IMG/VR virus record: IMGVR_UViG_3300017917_000321
Location: 1-64,000 of that record
Direction: 5' to 3' (one strand)
Origin: a virus
DNA: 64,000 bases
Part shown: one piece after another, positions 28,589 through 38,320 of the stretch
How the letters are laid out: every line of letters begins with the position of its first letter
Numbering within the stretch: the stretch's first letter is position 1
The notes under the pieces: generated by a model
The model's database searches: none
The model's input: the letters and a program-made list of their open reading frames with translations, nothing else
What the model was told of the DNA's origin: nothing
Translations under genes and position numbers: made by a program

Positions 28589-29857
28589 ATGTCTCATCTT
28601 TTTGAAAAACTTAGAAACTCAAAAACATTCTGTATCATGCCATGGATTCACTGTGCAACACAGACTAATGGTGCTGTGCAGTTATGCTGTGTGGCTTCTC
28701 CTATTAAAGAATTAAATCTAAACAATATGACATGGGATGAAGTATGGAACAGTGAACAGTATAAAGATGCAAGATTAAAAATGCTATCAGACGAAAAGGT
28801 TTCTTATTGTACGAATTGTTATAAGGAAGAAGCAGCAGGAATTAAAAGCCATAGACAGAATGAAAACGAAGTCTGGGCAAATAATTGGAGTCCTATTAAA
28901 TTACATGAGTTAAGGAAAATTGTTGCTGACACAAACGATGACGGTTCTATTGATAGCGGTATTGTTAGTGTTGACTTTAGACTAGGAAATACCTGTAATT
29001 TACAGTGTGTAATGTGCAGGCCTCATGACAGCAGCAAATGGTTAAATGATTCAAAATTCCTTGCTGAAAATCTAACAAGCGAAGCTAAATGGGACTGGAA
29101 ACACAAAAGTAACATTGTTATAGAACAATTTGAATGGTATAAGAATCAAAAATTTTGGGATAGCTTTTATGAATCTGCGCATAATATTAGAGATCTAATA
29201 TTCGGCGGCGGAGAACCTATACTCATCAAACAGCATAAAGAACTTATCAAACATCTTGTTAAGATCGATCATGCTAAAAATGTTGAAATTCGTTATCATA
29301 CTAACGGAACAATGTTGGATGAAGAATTGTTGGAACTATGGACACACTTTAAGAAAGCTCATATCATGGTGAGCCTAGATGCTCATCAAGACCTAAACAG
29401 TTACATTCGTTATCCTGCCAAGTGGGAAGATATAGAAAAGCATCTAAGAATCTATGATAATACAACTGGCGGTGATATTATACTAGATATCAATTGTACT
29501 GTACAGGCTCTTAATGTAAATTATCTGCCAGAGTTTGCAGAATGGATCTGGGCCCAAGATTATAAGAAGATTGGTAAGAGAACACTGTCATCTCCGTTCC
29601 ATACAGCAACACTGCACTGGCCAAAGTATCTATGCACCAAGGTTTTGCCACTAGAATCAAAAAAACGTGTGGCTGAAAAGTTAAACACATTCATGGCTAA
29701 GCATCCTAATAATCCAGAGATACAAAAATGGTCTGCAATCGTAGATTTTATGATGAGTGAAGACTGGTCTGACATGCTGGATCAAACAAAAGACTATCTC
29801 AGAATGCTGGATAAAATTAGACCTGTGCAATTTCCTGAAATATACAAACTGTTATAA
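28589..29857 (+). CDS. Radical SAM protein with N-terminal twitch-type Fe-S domain
   Basis: FCIMPWIH..CC..CTNC; CNLQCVMC (CxxxCxxC); GGGEP; YHTNG. Confidence 0.9.
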   Translation: MSHLFEKLRNSKTFCIMPWIHCATQTNGAVQLCCVASPIKELNLNNMTWDEVWNSEQYKDARLKMLSDEKVSYCTNCYKEEAAGIKSHRQNENEVWANNWSPIKLHELRKIVADTNDDGSIDSGIVSVDFRLGNTCNLQCVMCRPHDSSKWLNDSKFLAENLTSEAKWDWKHKSNIVIEQFEWYKNQKFWDSFYESAHNIRDLIFGGGEPILIKQHKELIKHLVKIDHAKNVEIRYHTNGTMLDEELLELWTHFKKAHIMVSLDAHQDLNSYIRYPAKWEDIEKHLRIYDNTTGGDIILDINCTVQALNVNYLPEFAEWIWAQDYKKIGKRTLSSPFHTATLHWPKYLCTKVLPLESKKRVAEKLNTFMAKHPNNPEIQKWSAIVDFMMSEDWSDMLDQTKDYLRMLDKIRPVQFPEIYKLL

Positions 29858-29859
29858 GA

Positions 29860-30633
29860 ATGAAATATCTAGTAACATCTGGTTGTAGTTTTTCTGATAA
29901 TCACGGTATGCGCTGGCCGCATTATCTAGCTGAAGCGTTAAACCTACAGCTATTTAATAGGGGTCAGGGTAGCTCGGGTAATCATTGGATAGCTAAATCT
30001 TCTATATATCAAACTCAGTTATTACTGGATAAGGGAATCGACCCTAACGATATAATGGTTGCTGTTATGTGGTCTGGTATTGATAGAAAAGATTGTTTTA
30101 TTGATACTGAGACAATTAACTATGAAAGGCTAATTAACAACCTCAACGATCATCCTAATCCTGTTAATTTCTTAGACAATGAACCTAACGTAAGAAATAA
30201 ACACAGCCTACCAACAGCTGATGGATATTTGTCAGGTTCTGCTAGCTGTACTTTTGCAAACGAAAATATTAATAAATTTAAAAAAGATCTAGTGTTGAGA
30301 TATTTTTCTCCGCAAGCTCTTGCTATCGAATCTTATGAAAACTTTTTAAGATTACAATGGTTTTGTAAAAGTGTAGGGGTGCGATTAATTAATCAAACTT
30401 TTATGGAAATAATGAAATTTCCTACAGGTAATATTTTAACAAAAGATTATTATAGAAATATAACACCGCTTTACAATATGATTGATTTCAATCAATGGAT
30501 ATTTTGGAATCAAACTCAAGGTATATACGAATACTGTAGAGATAATAATTTAACCTTTTATGAAGATAAGATACATCCGTCAGAAGAATCACATTATAAA
30601 TATGTTTATGATTTTTTACGGAAAAAATTATAA
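29860..30633 (+). CDS. SGNH/GDSL-like protein
   Basis: VTSGCSFS, NRGQGSSGN, C-terminal DKIHP. Confidence 0.6.
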   Translation: MKYLVTSGCSFSDNHGMRWPHYLAEALNLQLFNRGQGSSGNHWIAKSSIYQTQLLLDKGIDPNDIMVAVMWSGIDRKDCFIDTETINYERLINNLNDHPNPVNFLDNEPNVRNKHSLPTADGYLSGSASCTFANENINKFKKDLVLRYFSPQALAIESYENFLRLQWFCKSVGVRLINQTFMEIMKFPTGNILTKDYYRNITPLYNMIDFNQWIFWNQTQGIYEYCRDNNLTFYEDKIHPSEESHYKYVYDFLRKKL

Positions 30634-31373
30634 TGAAAAAAAATAATCATAATCTAGTTGTATTTGGAGATAGTTGGGGTCGAGGAGCATGGACTTTACC
30701 TGATGAAACTACCTTACATTCAACGCAGGGAGATAATTATTTTTCTGAAAAATGGCAAGAACATTTTAACAGCGTTGAGAATTTTTCCAAAGGCGGATCA
30801 TCTAATTCGAACTCTCTAATTTCATTAATGGATTATCTTCAAACAGAAACAACATTGAGTTTAAGAGAAAATAAAAAGAAAATATTAGTTATTCAAACAG
30901 AGCCAATGAGAGATGTAATACCTCAAATAAATTTTGGTAATGTTAGTCCTTATTATCCAATATTTAAAGACTCTGATTACAAGGCATTTAACGAAACTCT
31001 AATTAATTTTTTCTATTTTAATTTAAATGAAATTGGAAAGAAATTTAAAACACGTATTAATTTAACAGGCGGCTGTTCAGATGTTAATATTTCTTTAGCC
31101 AGACAGTATGCTTATATAAATGTTTGCTGCGAATCATTTTACAGTCTTATTGATACAACGCACACACCAACAATATTTTCAGTTACCCATGATGTTTCGA
31201 AAGCCATGCAGAAAATGACAAAATCAAATATCTTTGTAGTTGATAGTATTGCCAAGAAGCAAGGGATACAGAGTGAATATCAACGAGATGTATTTGGCTA
31301 CGGTCTTGATAATCATCCATCTAGAAAAGGTATTGACATTTGGATCTCTCATATGTCAAAAAACATAAAATAA
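30633..31373 (+). CDS. SGNH/GDSL-like protein
   Basis: VVFGDSW, NFSKGGSSN, C-terminal DNHP. Confidence 0.6.
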   Translation: MKKNNHNLVVFGDSWGRGAWTLPDETTLHSTQGDNYFSEKWQEHFNSVENFSKGGSSNSNSLISLMDYLQTETTLSLRENKKKILVIQTEPMRDVIPQINFGNVSPYYPIFKDSDYKAFNETLINFFYFNLNEIGKKFKTRINLTGGCSDVNISLARQYAYINVCCESFYSLIDTTHTPTIFSVTHDVSKAMQKMTKSNIFVVDSIAKKQGIQSEYQRDVFGYGLDNHPSRKGIDIWISHMSKNIK

Positions 31374-31429
31374 AAATTTATTGTATTCTACGGTATTTCA
31401 GAAGTATCGATCTTTAGAAAAGTAATCAT

Positions 31430-31435
31430 TAAATA
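31430..31435 (+). promoter_or_regulatory. Late-promoter-like TAAATA upstream of ugd
   Basis: TTAAATA in the intergenic gap, followed by an AAGGA RBS and ATG 31455. Confidence 0.4.
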
Positions 31436-31454
31436 AAAGAACAAGGACTAAAAA

Positions 31455-32675
31455 ATGAAAATAGCAATGATTGGTTGTGGTAAACTTGGCTTGCCGTGTG
31501 CAGAAGTTATGGGTAAACATTATGACATAGTTGGATATGATATAATCAAAGATCCGGCTGCTGAAATACCTATGTTAGATTCTATTCAAGAAGCAGTGAA
31601 CAGACGAGATCTTATTTTCGTTGCAGTCCCAACACCACATGATCCTGAATACGGCGGCAGTAAACCAATTGCTGAAATGCCTCCAAAAGATTTTGATTAT
31701 AGTATTGTTCAGCAAGTGCTAGAAGAAATAAATCGGTATGTAAACAAGAATCAGCTGGTTGTATTAATTTCAACAGTTCTTCCAGGAACAGTGCGAGCCC
31801 ATCTTGCCCCTAAAATAACTAATGCGCGATTCATTTATAACCCATACCTTATTGCTATGGGCTCTGTTAAATGGGATATGGTAAATCCAGAATGCCTAAT
31901 CATCGGAACAGAAGACGGCAACAGAACAGGCGATGCTGGTTTACTCATAGATTTTTATAAACCTATAATGGAGAATGATCCGCAGATCAATGTAGGCACA
32001 TGGGACGAAGCTGAAGCCATTAAGATTTTTTACAATACGTTCATTTCTGCCAAAATTGGCCTTGTTAATATGATTCAAGACGTTGCTGAAAAAAATGGTA
32101 ATATCAATGTTGATGTAGTAACAGATGCGCTTAAGGCAGCTACACAGCGTATTACAGGACCTAGATACTTAACAGCAGGTATGGGAGATGCTGGCGCATG
32201 TCATCCTAGAGATAATATTGCACTACGCTATCTAGCGGAACGTTTGGATCTAGGCTATGATTTATTCCACGCTATTATGCACAGCAGAGATCGACAGGCT
32301 AAAAACATGGCGCTTAAACTTGTTGCATTAGCTAAAGAACATCAACTACCAGTTGTAATTCACGGTCGTGCATACAAGCCATATGTACCTTATACCATCG
32401 GTAGCTACTCTGAATTAGTTGGTCACTTTGTTGAAGCAGAAGGTGTTGAAGTATTTTATGCAGATCCACTAACTGATGATTCATGGTCAGGTCGCGCAGT
32501 AATATTAATGGCACATAATCCTGCTATTACTTATTTTGGAACTGGAGTTGATATTAAACCAGAACAGTTTTATTTTTATATTGAGCCAGGCAGCGTTATA
32601 CTAGACCCCTGGAGAACAATAAATGATATTCCTGGTTGCACTGTTATTCATTACGGCAATACTCGACTTCAATGA
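31455..32675 (+). CDS. ugd: UDP-glucose/GDP-mannose 6-dehydrogenase family protein
   Basis: KIAMIGCGKLG Rossmann motif, FVAVPTP, STVLPGT, AEAIKIFYNTFISAKI, GDAGACHPRD (catalytic Cys), YKP. Confidence 0.9.
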   Translation: MKIAMIGCGKLGLPCAEVMGKHYDIVGYDIIKDPAAEIPMLDSIQEAVNRRDLIFVAVPTPHDPEYGGSKPIAEMPPKDFDYSIVQQVLEEINRYVNKNQLVVLISTVLPGTVRAHLAPKITNARFIYNPYLIAMGSVKWDMVNPECLIIGTEDGNRTGDAGLLIDFYKPIMENDPQINVGTWDEAEAIKIFYNTFISAKIGLVNMIQDVAEKNGNINVDVVTDALKAATQRITGPRYLTAGMGDAGACHPRDNIALRYLAERLDLGYDLFHAIMHSRDRQAKNMALKLVALAKEHQLPVVIHGRAYKPYVPYTIGSYSELVGHFVEAEGVEVFYADPLTDDSWSGRAVILMAHNPAITYFGTGVDIKPEQFYFYIEPGSVILDPWRTINDIPGCTVIHYGNTRLQ

Positions 32676-33775
32676 GCAAGCAAAACACTTTTTGTAAAGC
32701 ACTTAGTAACGCTGTAAGTTTTAGAATACCAGGCGAGTCTAATTCTTTAACTTTTAATCCTTGCTGTTTATACGATCATTACTTACCCTTTCATCCAACC
32801 TACTATAAAAAGCATAGAGAAATTTTTATTAATGCAGATCAAGATTTCCTACCAGGTTGCAGTAAGTGTAAGCTAAAAGAAAAAACACACAAAGGACAAA
32901 GCCATCGAGCATTTAATAATAAAGACATACCCGATGGTATAGGAAGTGATATACACAAGCTAGAAATAGTTTTAGATACTACTTGTAATGCAGCCTGTAT
33001 ACAATGTGGAACGTATCAAAGCAGTCTATGGCGCAACGAAGTTGCTAACAGAGATAAAAACTATCAACATATACAACCGGAAACACAGATTGATTCTAAG
33101 ATCGATTTAATCCAGTCTAGTGTAGATTTTTCCACAGTAAAAGAATTTCACTTCTGGGGAGGTGAACCGTTATTAACAGACACTCATTTAAAATTTTTAA
33201 ACAGGATAGAAAATCCGTCTGATGTTGTTATTCGCTACACTACTAACGGAAGTATTTTTCCAGATGACGATGTTTTAAAGTTATGGGAAAAATTTAAAGA
33301 AGTAAAGATTGGTCTAAGCGCAGACGGAATTGGTGATAGATTTCATTATATACGATGGCCCTTAAAATGGGACAAGTGGGCTAGAAACGTTATTCGTTTT
33401 AGAGACGAAGCGCCTTCAAATGTTGATTATCATATTAATTGCTGCGTTATACCTTTGAATGCGCTCTACATACTAGAGCTAGTTGAATGGTTAGATAATA
33501 ATTTTGATGTTCATCAAAGAGGCGCCTATGCAGGACGAAAAATTAATTGTAACTTTATAAGAGGCGAAGGAACTCTTGATATCGGTTGCTCACCTATGAG
33601 TTTGCGTGAAGAAATATGGAAACTATTAGGTGAAGATCATGCTGTAAGCAAAATATTAAAAGAACTTCCTGTTATGGATCCTCAACACATGCTACGTCAT
33701 ATCAATGAATGGGATCCAATTAGAAAATTAAACTGGAGAGAAACTTTTCCAGATGTTGTGAGACATTTTGAATGA
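32672..33775 (+). CDS. Radical SAM protein (N-terminal twitch-like)
   Basis: FCKAL..PCC..CSKC; CNAACIQC; WGGEP; YTTNG; ATG 32672 overlaps the ugd stop (ATGA). Confidence 0.85.
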   Translation: MSKQNTFCKALSNAVSFRIPGESNSLTFNPCCLYDHYLPFHPTYYKKHREIFINADQDFLPGCSKCKLKEKTHKGQSHRAFNNKDIPDGIGSDIHKLEIVLDTTCNAACIQCGTYQSSLWRNEVANRDKNYQHIQPETQIDSKIDLIQSSVDFSTVKEFHFWGGEPLLTDTHLKFLNRIENPSDVVIRYTTNGSIFPDDDVLKLWEKFKEVKIGLSADGIGDRFHYIRWPLKWDKWARNVIRFRDEAPSNVDYHINCCVIPLNALYILELVEWLDNNFDVHQRGAYAGRKINCNFIRGEGTLDIGCSPMSLREEIWKLLGEDHAVSKILKELPVMDPQHMLRHINEWDPIRKLNWRETFPDVVRHFE

Positions 33776-34377
33776 TTGATCAACCTAGTTTAGCAATACT
33801 AATTGACTGCTGGCACATGGGGTCAAAAGCATCTGTTTCAGAAGTTGTATATTCTAACATCATAAATTTTTTAGAAACTAATCAAAATATTAAAACAGTT
33901 GCACTAGCTTCATATAACTGTAAGAATGAATTTTTATCAAATAGACTCTGGTACAATAATTATAGAGATTTTTTTGATAATGAAAAAAACTCTAGGAAAA
34001 TTAGAGATCTAGCAGTAGTTCACAATGTACATAGGCATCAAGATAACAGATTTCCAAATGAATATACAGATCCAATGATATTGAATTATCAAAATGATAG
34101 TCAGTATCAGATAGCCATGTGGTGGGGATGGGAATTGGAATATTATCTATCGCTCAACCCGCATATAAAAAATATTTACGTTTTAGGACTAGCCTGGGAT
34201 CAATGTGTGAAAATACGTCCCTTGGGTTACGAAGCACTAAGCGAAATCCCTAACATAAATGTCTTGACAAAAGTAGATTGTTCTGCTAATATGAATGCTT
34301 CAGCTGTGGAATTAGATTCTAATCCTAATTGGCAGAAAATAGAAGAAAAAATTTATTGTCTAAAATATGCTAAATGA
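33772..34377 (+). CDS. Isochorismatase/cysteine hydrolase-like protein
   Basis: LAILIDCW near the N-terminus and IYVLGLAWDQCV match the Asp and G..CV positions of the family. Confidence 0.45.
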   Translation: MIDQPSLAILIDCWHMGSKASVSEVVYSNIINFLETNQNIKTVALASYNCKNEFLSNRLWYNNYRDFFDNEKNSRKIRDLAVVHNVHRHQDNRFPNEYTDPMILNYQNDSQYQIAMWWGWELEYYLSLNPHIKNIYVLGLAWDQCVKIRPLGYEALSEIPNINVLTKVDCSANMNASAVELDSNPNWQKIEEKIYCLKYAK

Positions 34378-35491
34378 TAGACTGGGATATTATCGTGTAG
34401 GATGGAAAAAGTTCTATAATAAAACTCTAGCTCTGCTAGAGAGCAATAAGACTGGCTATAAGATCGATTGGGTTTTTAACAACGACATTTACGGTAAAAT
34501 TGATTGGACATTACCAGTTTTAGAATCTCTAGATTTATTATATGCTCTGCGAGCTAGACAGCTTAGAGAAAAATATGACTATCTTGTTTTGTACTTCAGC
34601 GGTGGCGCAGACAGTACTAATATTTTAAAAACATTTATAGATAACAATATTTTTCTAGATGAAATTGTAATGCAATGGCCTGAGCCTCAAGTAAAGCAAT
34701 ATTCTGATGTTAACGATAAAAGTAATCTAAATATCTACAGTGAAATTAAGTACCAAGCAGTACCTACATTAAACAATTTAAATTTACATCCTAATACTAA
34801 GATTAGATATCAGGATTTTGCTAAACCCCTGTTAGATTTGCTAGCAAAGGACAATTGGTTTGATGAAATGCCTATGGGAACAAATATTAGTCCTTCGGGG
34901 ATTGGTAGACAGATATCACAAGTGACCGAACCGCATATTCTTAATTTGTGTATGCAGGGTAAATCGTGCGCACAGATACTAGGTGTTGATAAGCCATTGG
35001 TTCACTCTAACGGTTCTGATTACTTTGCATATTTTTCAGATGTATCAGCTATGCATTCTCCACCGGTAGATTATACGATGGGCGATATTTTTAATAATTT
35101 GTATCATACAGAATTCTTTTATTGGACACCTGATCTACCAAATATTGTTGTTAAACAGGCACAACTGATTAAAGCATACTGCGAAACTAGCTCAACAGCT
35201 AAAGCTCAAATTATGAGCTCGATGAAAAAACACATCGGAACATTTAGACCATTATTACATTCTATAATTTATTCGCCCGATTTGAAAATTGAATGGGACC
35301 CAGAAAAACCAAACTCTGCTGTAGTTAGACCTATGGACGAATGGTTTTGGAAGTCTGCATCAAAAACTCAGATCGGCAATTATCTATCTGTAATTGACTA
35401 TATAAAGAAAAACTCAAGCTCTGAATATATGATAGATAATAATATTGAGAATGGCTTGGCCGCCCATACAACCGGCTTTTATAAACTTTAA
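34367..35491 (+). CDS. PP-loop (adenine nucleotide alpha hydrolase) ATP pyrophosphatase
   Basis: LVLYFSGGADS motif; GVDKP; EFFYWTPD. Confidence 0.7.
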   Translation: MLNDRLGYYRVGWKKFYNKTLALLESNKTGYKIDWVFNNDIYGKIDWTLPVLESLDLLYALRARQLREKYDYLVLYFSGGADSTNILKTFIDNNIFLDEIVMQWPEPQVKQYSDVNDKSNLNIYSEIKYQAVPTLNNLNLHPNTKIRYQDFAKPLLDLLAKDNWFDEMPMGTNISPSGIGRQISQVTEPHILNLCMQGKSCAQILGVDKPLVHSNGSDYFAYFSDVSAMHSPPVDYTMGDIFNNLYHTEFFYWTPDLPNIVVKQAQLIKAYCETSSTAKAQIMSSMKKHIGTFRPLLHSIIYSPDLKIEWDPEKPNSAVVRPMDEWFWKSASKTQIGNYLSVIDYIKKNSSSEYMIDNNIENGLAAHTTGFYKL

Positions 35492-35498
35492 GAGGAGA

Positions 35499-35954
35499 AT
35501 GACATTGGAAAAGATGAACGAAGTACAAAAGAGAAGTATAGCAAAAGCAATAACAGCACGAGTAATGTTTACATGCAGCCACTTGGTTAACGGATTTATA
35601 GTAACAGGGTCTCTGGTGTTGGGCGCACAAATCGTAGGTGTGGCAGCAGTTGTGAATCTTTTGTTATTTTGGTTACACGAACGTGCATGGAATTTCTTTC
35701 AGTTTAATAGAAAGCCCAAGGATGGTTTAATGTTCCTTGACGGACATCCTAGAACAGTTAGTAAGTCAGTAACATGGAGAGCAGTAATTACTGCAAATAA
35801 TTTCCTTATTCCATATCTACTAACAGGCTCATGGCAGACTGCTGCGGCATTCTTAACAATCGCAACTGTAATGAATATTGTGCTTTATTATGTACACGAA
35901 CGAGTCTGGAATAGATTTGCCTGGGGCAAAACAGCAGAACCGCAGCCTGTTTAA
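35499..35954 (+). CDS. Membrane protein with two tandem DUF2061-like repeats
   Basis: RSIAKAITAR..FWLHERAWN and RTVSKSVTWR..YYVHERVWNR; hydrophobic; GAGGAG upstream (start 35499/35505/35514 uncertain). Confidence 0.75.
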   Translation: MTLEKMNEVQKRSIAKAITARVMFTCSHLVNGFIVTGSLVLGAQIVGVAAVVNLLLFWLHERAWNFFQFNRKPKDGLMFLDGHPRTVSKSVTWRAVITANNFLIPYLLTGSWQTAAAFLTIATVMNIVLYYVHERVWNRFAWGKTAEPQPV

Positions 35955-36816
35955 TTCTCGCTACCCTATAGTAGCAGCATTAATGAATCAGGTGTCTGAG
36001 GAGACCCTAGCTATTGCAATAAGCAAGGCTGGGGGATTCCCTAGCATTAGCGGTTATTGTTATGATTCAGACAATGGTATTATTAATGCTTTACACTGCT
36101 TTGTTGATGCAACAGGCAGCTCCGATCTCATTTTAGGTGTAGACGAACGATCTTTACTTAACGAAAAGCTAGTTAATACTATAAAAGATTTACAGATCTC
36201 TCATCTATTAAGATATGAAAATGAAGACCCTGCAATATCTGATACTGTTAGAAAAGAATGGCGCGGTATAACTGATAAACTTCTTAACGAATTGTCCTGT
36301 CGAAGAATACAACTAAGGGATAATTTTAATGAAATTAAAGTTAGAAATGCGATCTATTTTATAAAAGGCAATGACGGCGCTGGCCGCCCTGGAGCAGCTT
36401 CAACTAGAGAGCTGTTTGACTATCACAGAGAAAAAACACCCGAAGCATTACTAGTACCTACGGGAGGCATAGGAACTGCTGCACAGGTCAAGTACTATTT
36501 AGAATCAGGTGCAGTAGCAGTTGGATGCGGTACGATTTTTGCAGCGGCTGAAGAAAGCGTATTAAGCCAGCAAACAAAAGAACGTATTATAGCATCGACT
36601 AACAAGGATCTTTCTAGGGTTGACCCTAGATTAAACCAACTCGGGCTAGTCTTTAACAAGCTATCATTAGATAATCTCAATAATACAGCTTCTTTAAAAG
36701 AGGGCATAAAGTCTTCAAAAAACGGATTAATTTTTGCAGGACATGCAGTAGAGCATATTAATAGTATAGAACCTGTAAACGTAATTTTACACAGGCTAAT
36801 GAACTATTCTAGATAA
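35878..36816 (+). CDS. Nitronate monooxygenase / FabK-like FMN-dependent oxidoreductase
   Basis: YPIVAALMNQVS..LAIAISKAGG; VPTGGIGT; GAVAVGCGTIFAAAEES; FAGHAVEHI. True start probably downstream of 35878. Confidence 0.75.
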   Translation: MCFIMYTNESGIDLPGAKQQNRSLFNSRYPIVAALMNQVSEETLAIAISKAGGFPSISGYCYDSDNGIINALHCFVDATGSSDLILGVDERSLLNEKLVNTIKDLQISHLLRYENEDPAISDTVRKEWRGITDKLLNELSCRRIQLRDNFNEIKVRNAIYFIKGNDGAGRPGAASTRELFDYHREKTPEALLVPTGGIGTAAQVKYYLESGAVAVGCGTIFAAAEESVLSQQTKERIIASTNKDLSRVDPRLNQLGLVFNKLSLDNLNNTASLKEGIKSSKNGLIFAGHAVEHINSIEPVNVILHRLMNYSR

Positions 36817-36819
36817 ATA
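36814..36819 (+). promoter_or_regulatory. Late-promoter-like TAAATA
   Basis: GATAAATA overlaps the stop codon upstream of the 90-aa ORF. Confidence 0.45.
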
Positions 36820-36850
36820 TTAGAACAACAGTATTTTAAAGGATACAATC

Positions 36851-37123
36851 ATGAGTTTCAGAATACAAACTAAAAAAGAAAGACTAAGCCCAGATGTGCC
36901 TTGGTATCAGTTTTCAGCGGCATATAGAACAGCTATTACACAGCACAACGGCTCAATTTCTATAGAGGAACCCGATAATCTTACAACTGTAACAACATTG
37001 ACTTTTGCTGACGAAGCTGCATACAATGCATTTGTAGCAGACCCGGTAGTTGTTAAAGAGTTTGCAGATCACGCAGCATACAACAATTTTGCTAAAATTG
37101 AAAAGAAATCAAGAGAACTCTAA
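36851..37123 (+). CDS. Small hypothetical protein (possible dimeric alpha/beta-barrel-like)
   Basis: AAGGA RBS; TLTFADEAAYNAFVADP resembles Dabb/ABM helices. Confidence 0.55.
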   Translation: MSFRIQTKKERLSPDVPWYQFSAAYRTAITQHNGSISIEEPDNLTTVTTLTFADEAAYNAFVADPVVVKEFADHAAYNNFAKIEKKSREL

Positions 37124-37129
37124 GGTTGA

Positions 37130-38320
37130 ATGCTAGAAAAGTTCATCTATGTAGAACAGACTAAGAATCAGTTGCCTCTAATGGCAACTGATTTTTATTA
37201 TATAAACCCTTTGATGTTACTGCATACATCAGAGCATAGAAATGAAATATTATCTAGTCTAGACAAAGATCTTAAATCGGATATACTTTTTGGTGTACAC
37301 TTTTTAGGACCAGTGTATCCAAGATTCAATAGAGAAAACTATTTCTACAAAGTTTCTCAAAATCCAATATATAGCTTTTTACCAAATCTACAGATTAAAA
37401 GAAAGCTAGACTTTTCATCTATAACTGATTCTAGGGCTTTAGAATTAGAGTCTAAGTTAGATAGATTTAAAAATGTATATCTATTTTGGAGCGGCGGGAT
37501 AGATTCTACTGTAATACTCGTTTCTATACTAAAGAATTGGCAAAAGCAAAGTTTAGAAAAATTAATAGTTGTTCTAAATTCTTATAGTATAGAAGAAAAT
37601 CAACAGATGTATGAACAGTTCATACATAACAAAATATCTACAGTATCAACTGATAAATTCTTTTCGGGAGAAGTAAATTTTTCTCACGACAATCTTTATG
37701 TAGACGGAAATGCTGCTGACACACTTTCTGCTACTATAATGTTTTATGAATTTGAAAAACGTTTCCCAAACTATTACCTAAAGCCATGGAAGCAGAACAT
37801 TGACATTCTAATTAAATTTTTTAGTGAGTATGAGGATGTCAACTATGGTCAATATATGTATAAAAAAGTAGTAAGGTCTTTAATATACAATAAGTTTGAA
37901 GTCGAGACTATTTTTGATTTTCTTTGGTGGATGGGCTTTAATTGGATACACGATAGAAATCTACACTGTGTATTATGGCAGTATACTCCGTGCTTTTTTG
38001 CAGATCCTAATATAAGTGTAAAACGGTTCCTTGAAGAAAATATGTTTCAGTGGTTCAACAGCAATGATTATCAGGACTGGAGAGTTGCTGCTGTAGGAAC
38101 AGATGAAATTATAGGAAATACTGTAGCTGAACATAAATTGGCATTTAAAAAATACATATTTGAATTTAATAGAGATAGTGATTATTTCCTCTATAAAGAT
38201 AAAGTAGCATCAACACCTAAAAACGAAACCAAAAGCAGCCATATTATCTTGTGCGGCATTGACACAGACTATAATTACTATTATAGACATGCTCATGAGA
38301 AGATATGGCCGCCTAAATGA
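37130..38320 (+). CDS. PP-loop ATP pyrophosphatase (asparagine synthetase C-terminal-like)
   Basis: VYLFWSGGIDS; YVDGNAAD (compare GEGAD of asparagine synthetases); KLAFKKYI. Confidence 0.65.
   Translation: MLEKFIYVEQTKNQLPLMATDFYYINPLMLLHTSEHRNEILSSLDKDLKSDILFGVHFLGPVYPRFNRENYFYKVSQNPIYSFLPNLQIKRKLDFSSITDSRALELESKLDRFKNVYLFWSGGIDSTVILVSILKNWQKQSLEKLIVVLNSYSIEENQQMYEQFIHNKISTVSTDKFFSGEVNFSHDNLYVDGNAADTLSATIMFYEFEKRFPNYYLKPWKQNIDILIKFFSEYEDVNYGQYMYKKVVRSLIYNKFEVETIFDFLWWMGFNWIHDRNLHCVLWQYTPCFFADPNISVKRFLEENMFQWFNSNDYQDWRVAAVGTDEIIGNTVAEHKLAFKKYIFEFNRDSDYFLYKDKVASTPKNETKSSHIILCGIDTDYNYYYRHAHEKIWPPK

Noticed and set aside
34367-38320. 7-deazaguanine or other DNA hypermodification pathway (QueC-like SGGxDS, QueE-like radical SAM)
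   Set aside because: No QueC zinc-binding Cys motif and no recognisable FolE, QueD, DpdA, thymidylate synthase-like or nucleotide kinase genes; context is structural rather than replicative. Not fully excluded without nucleoside analysis.
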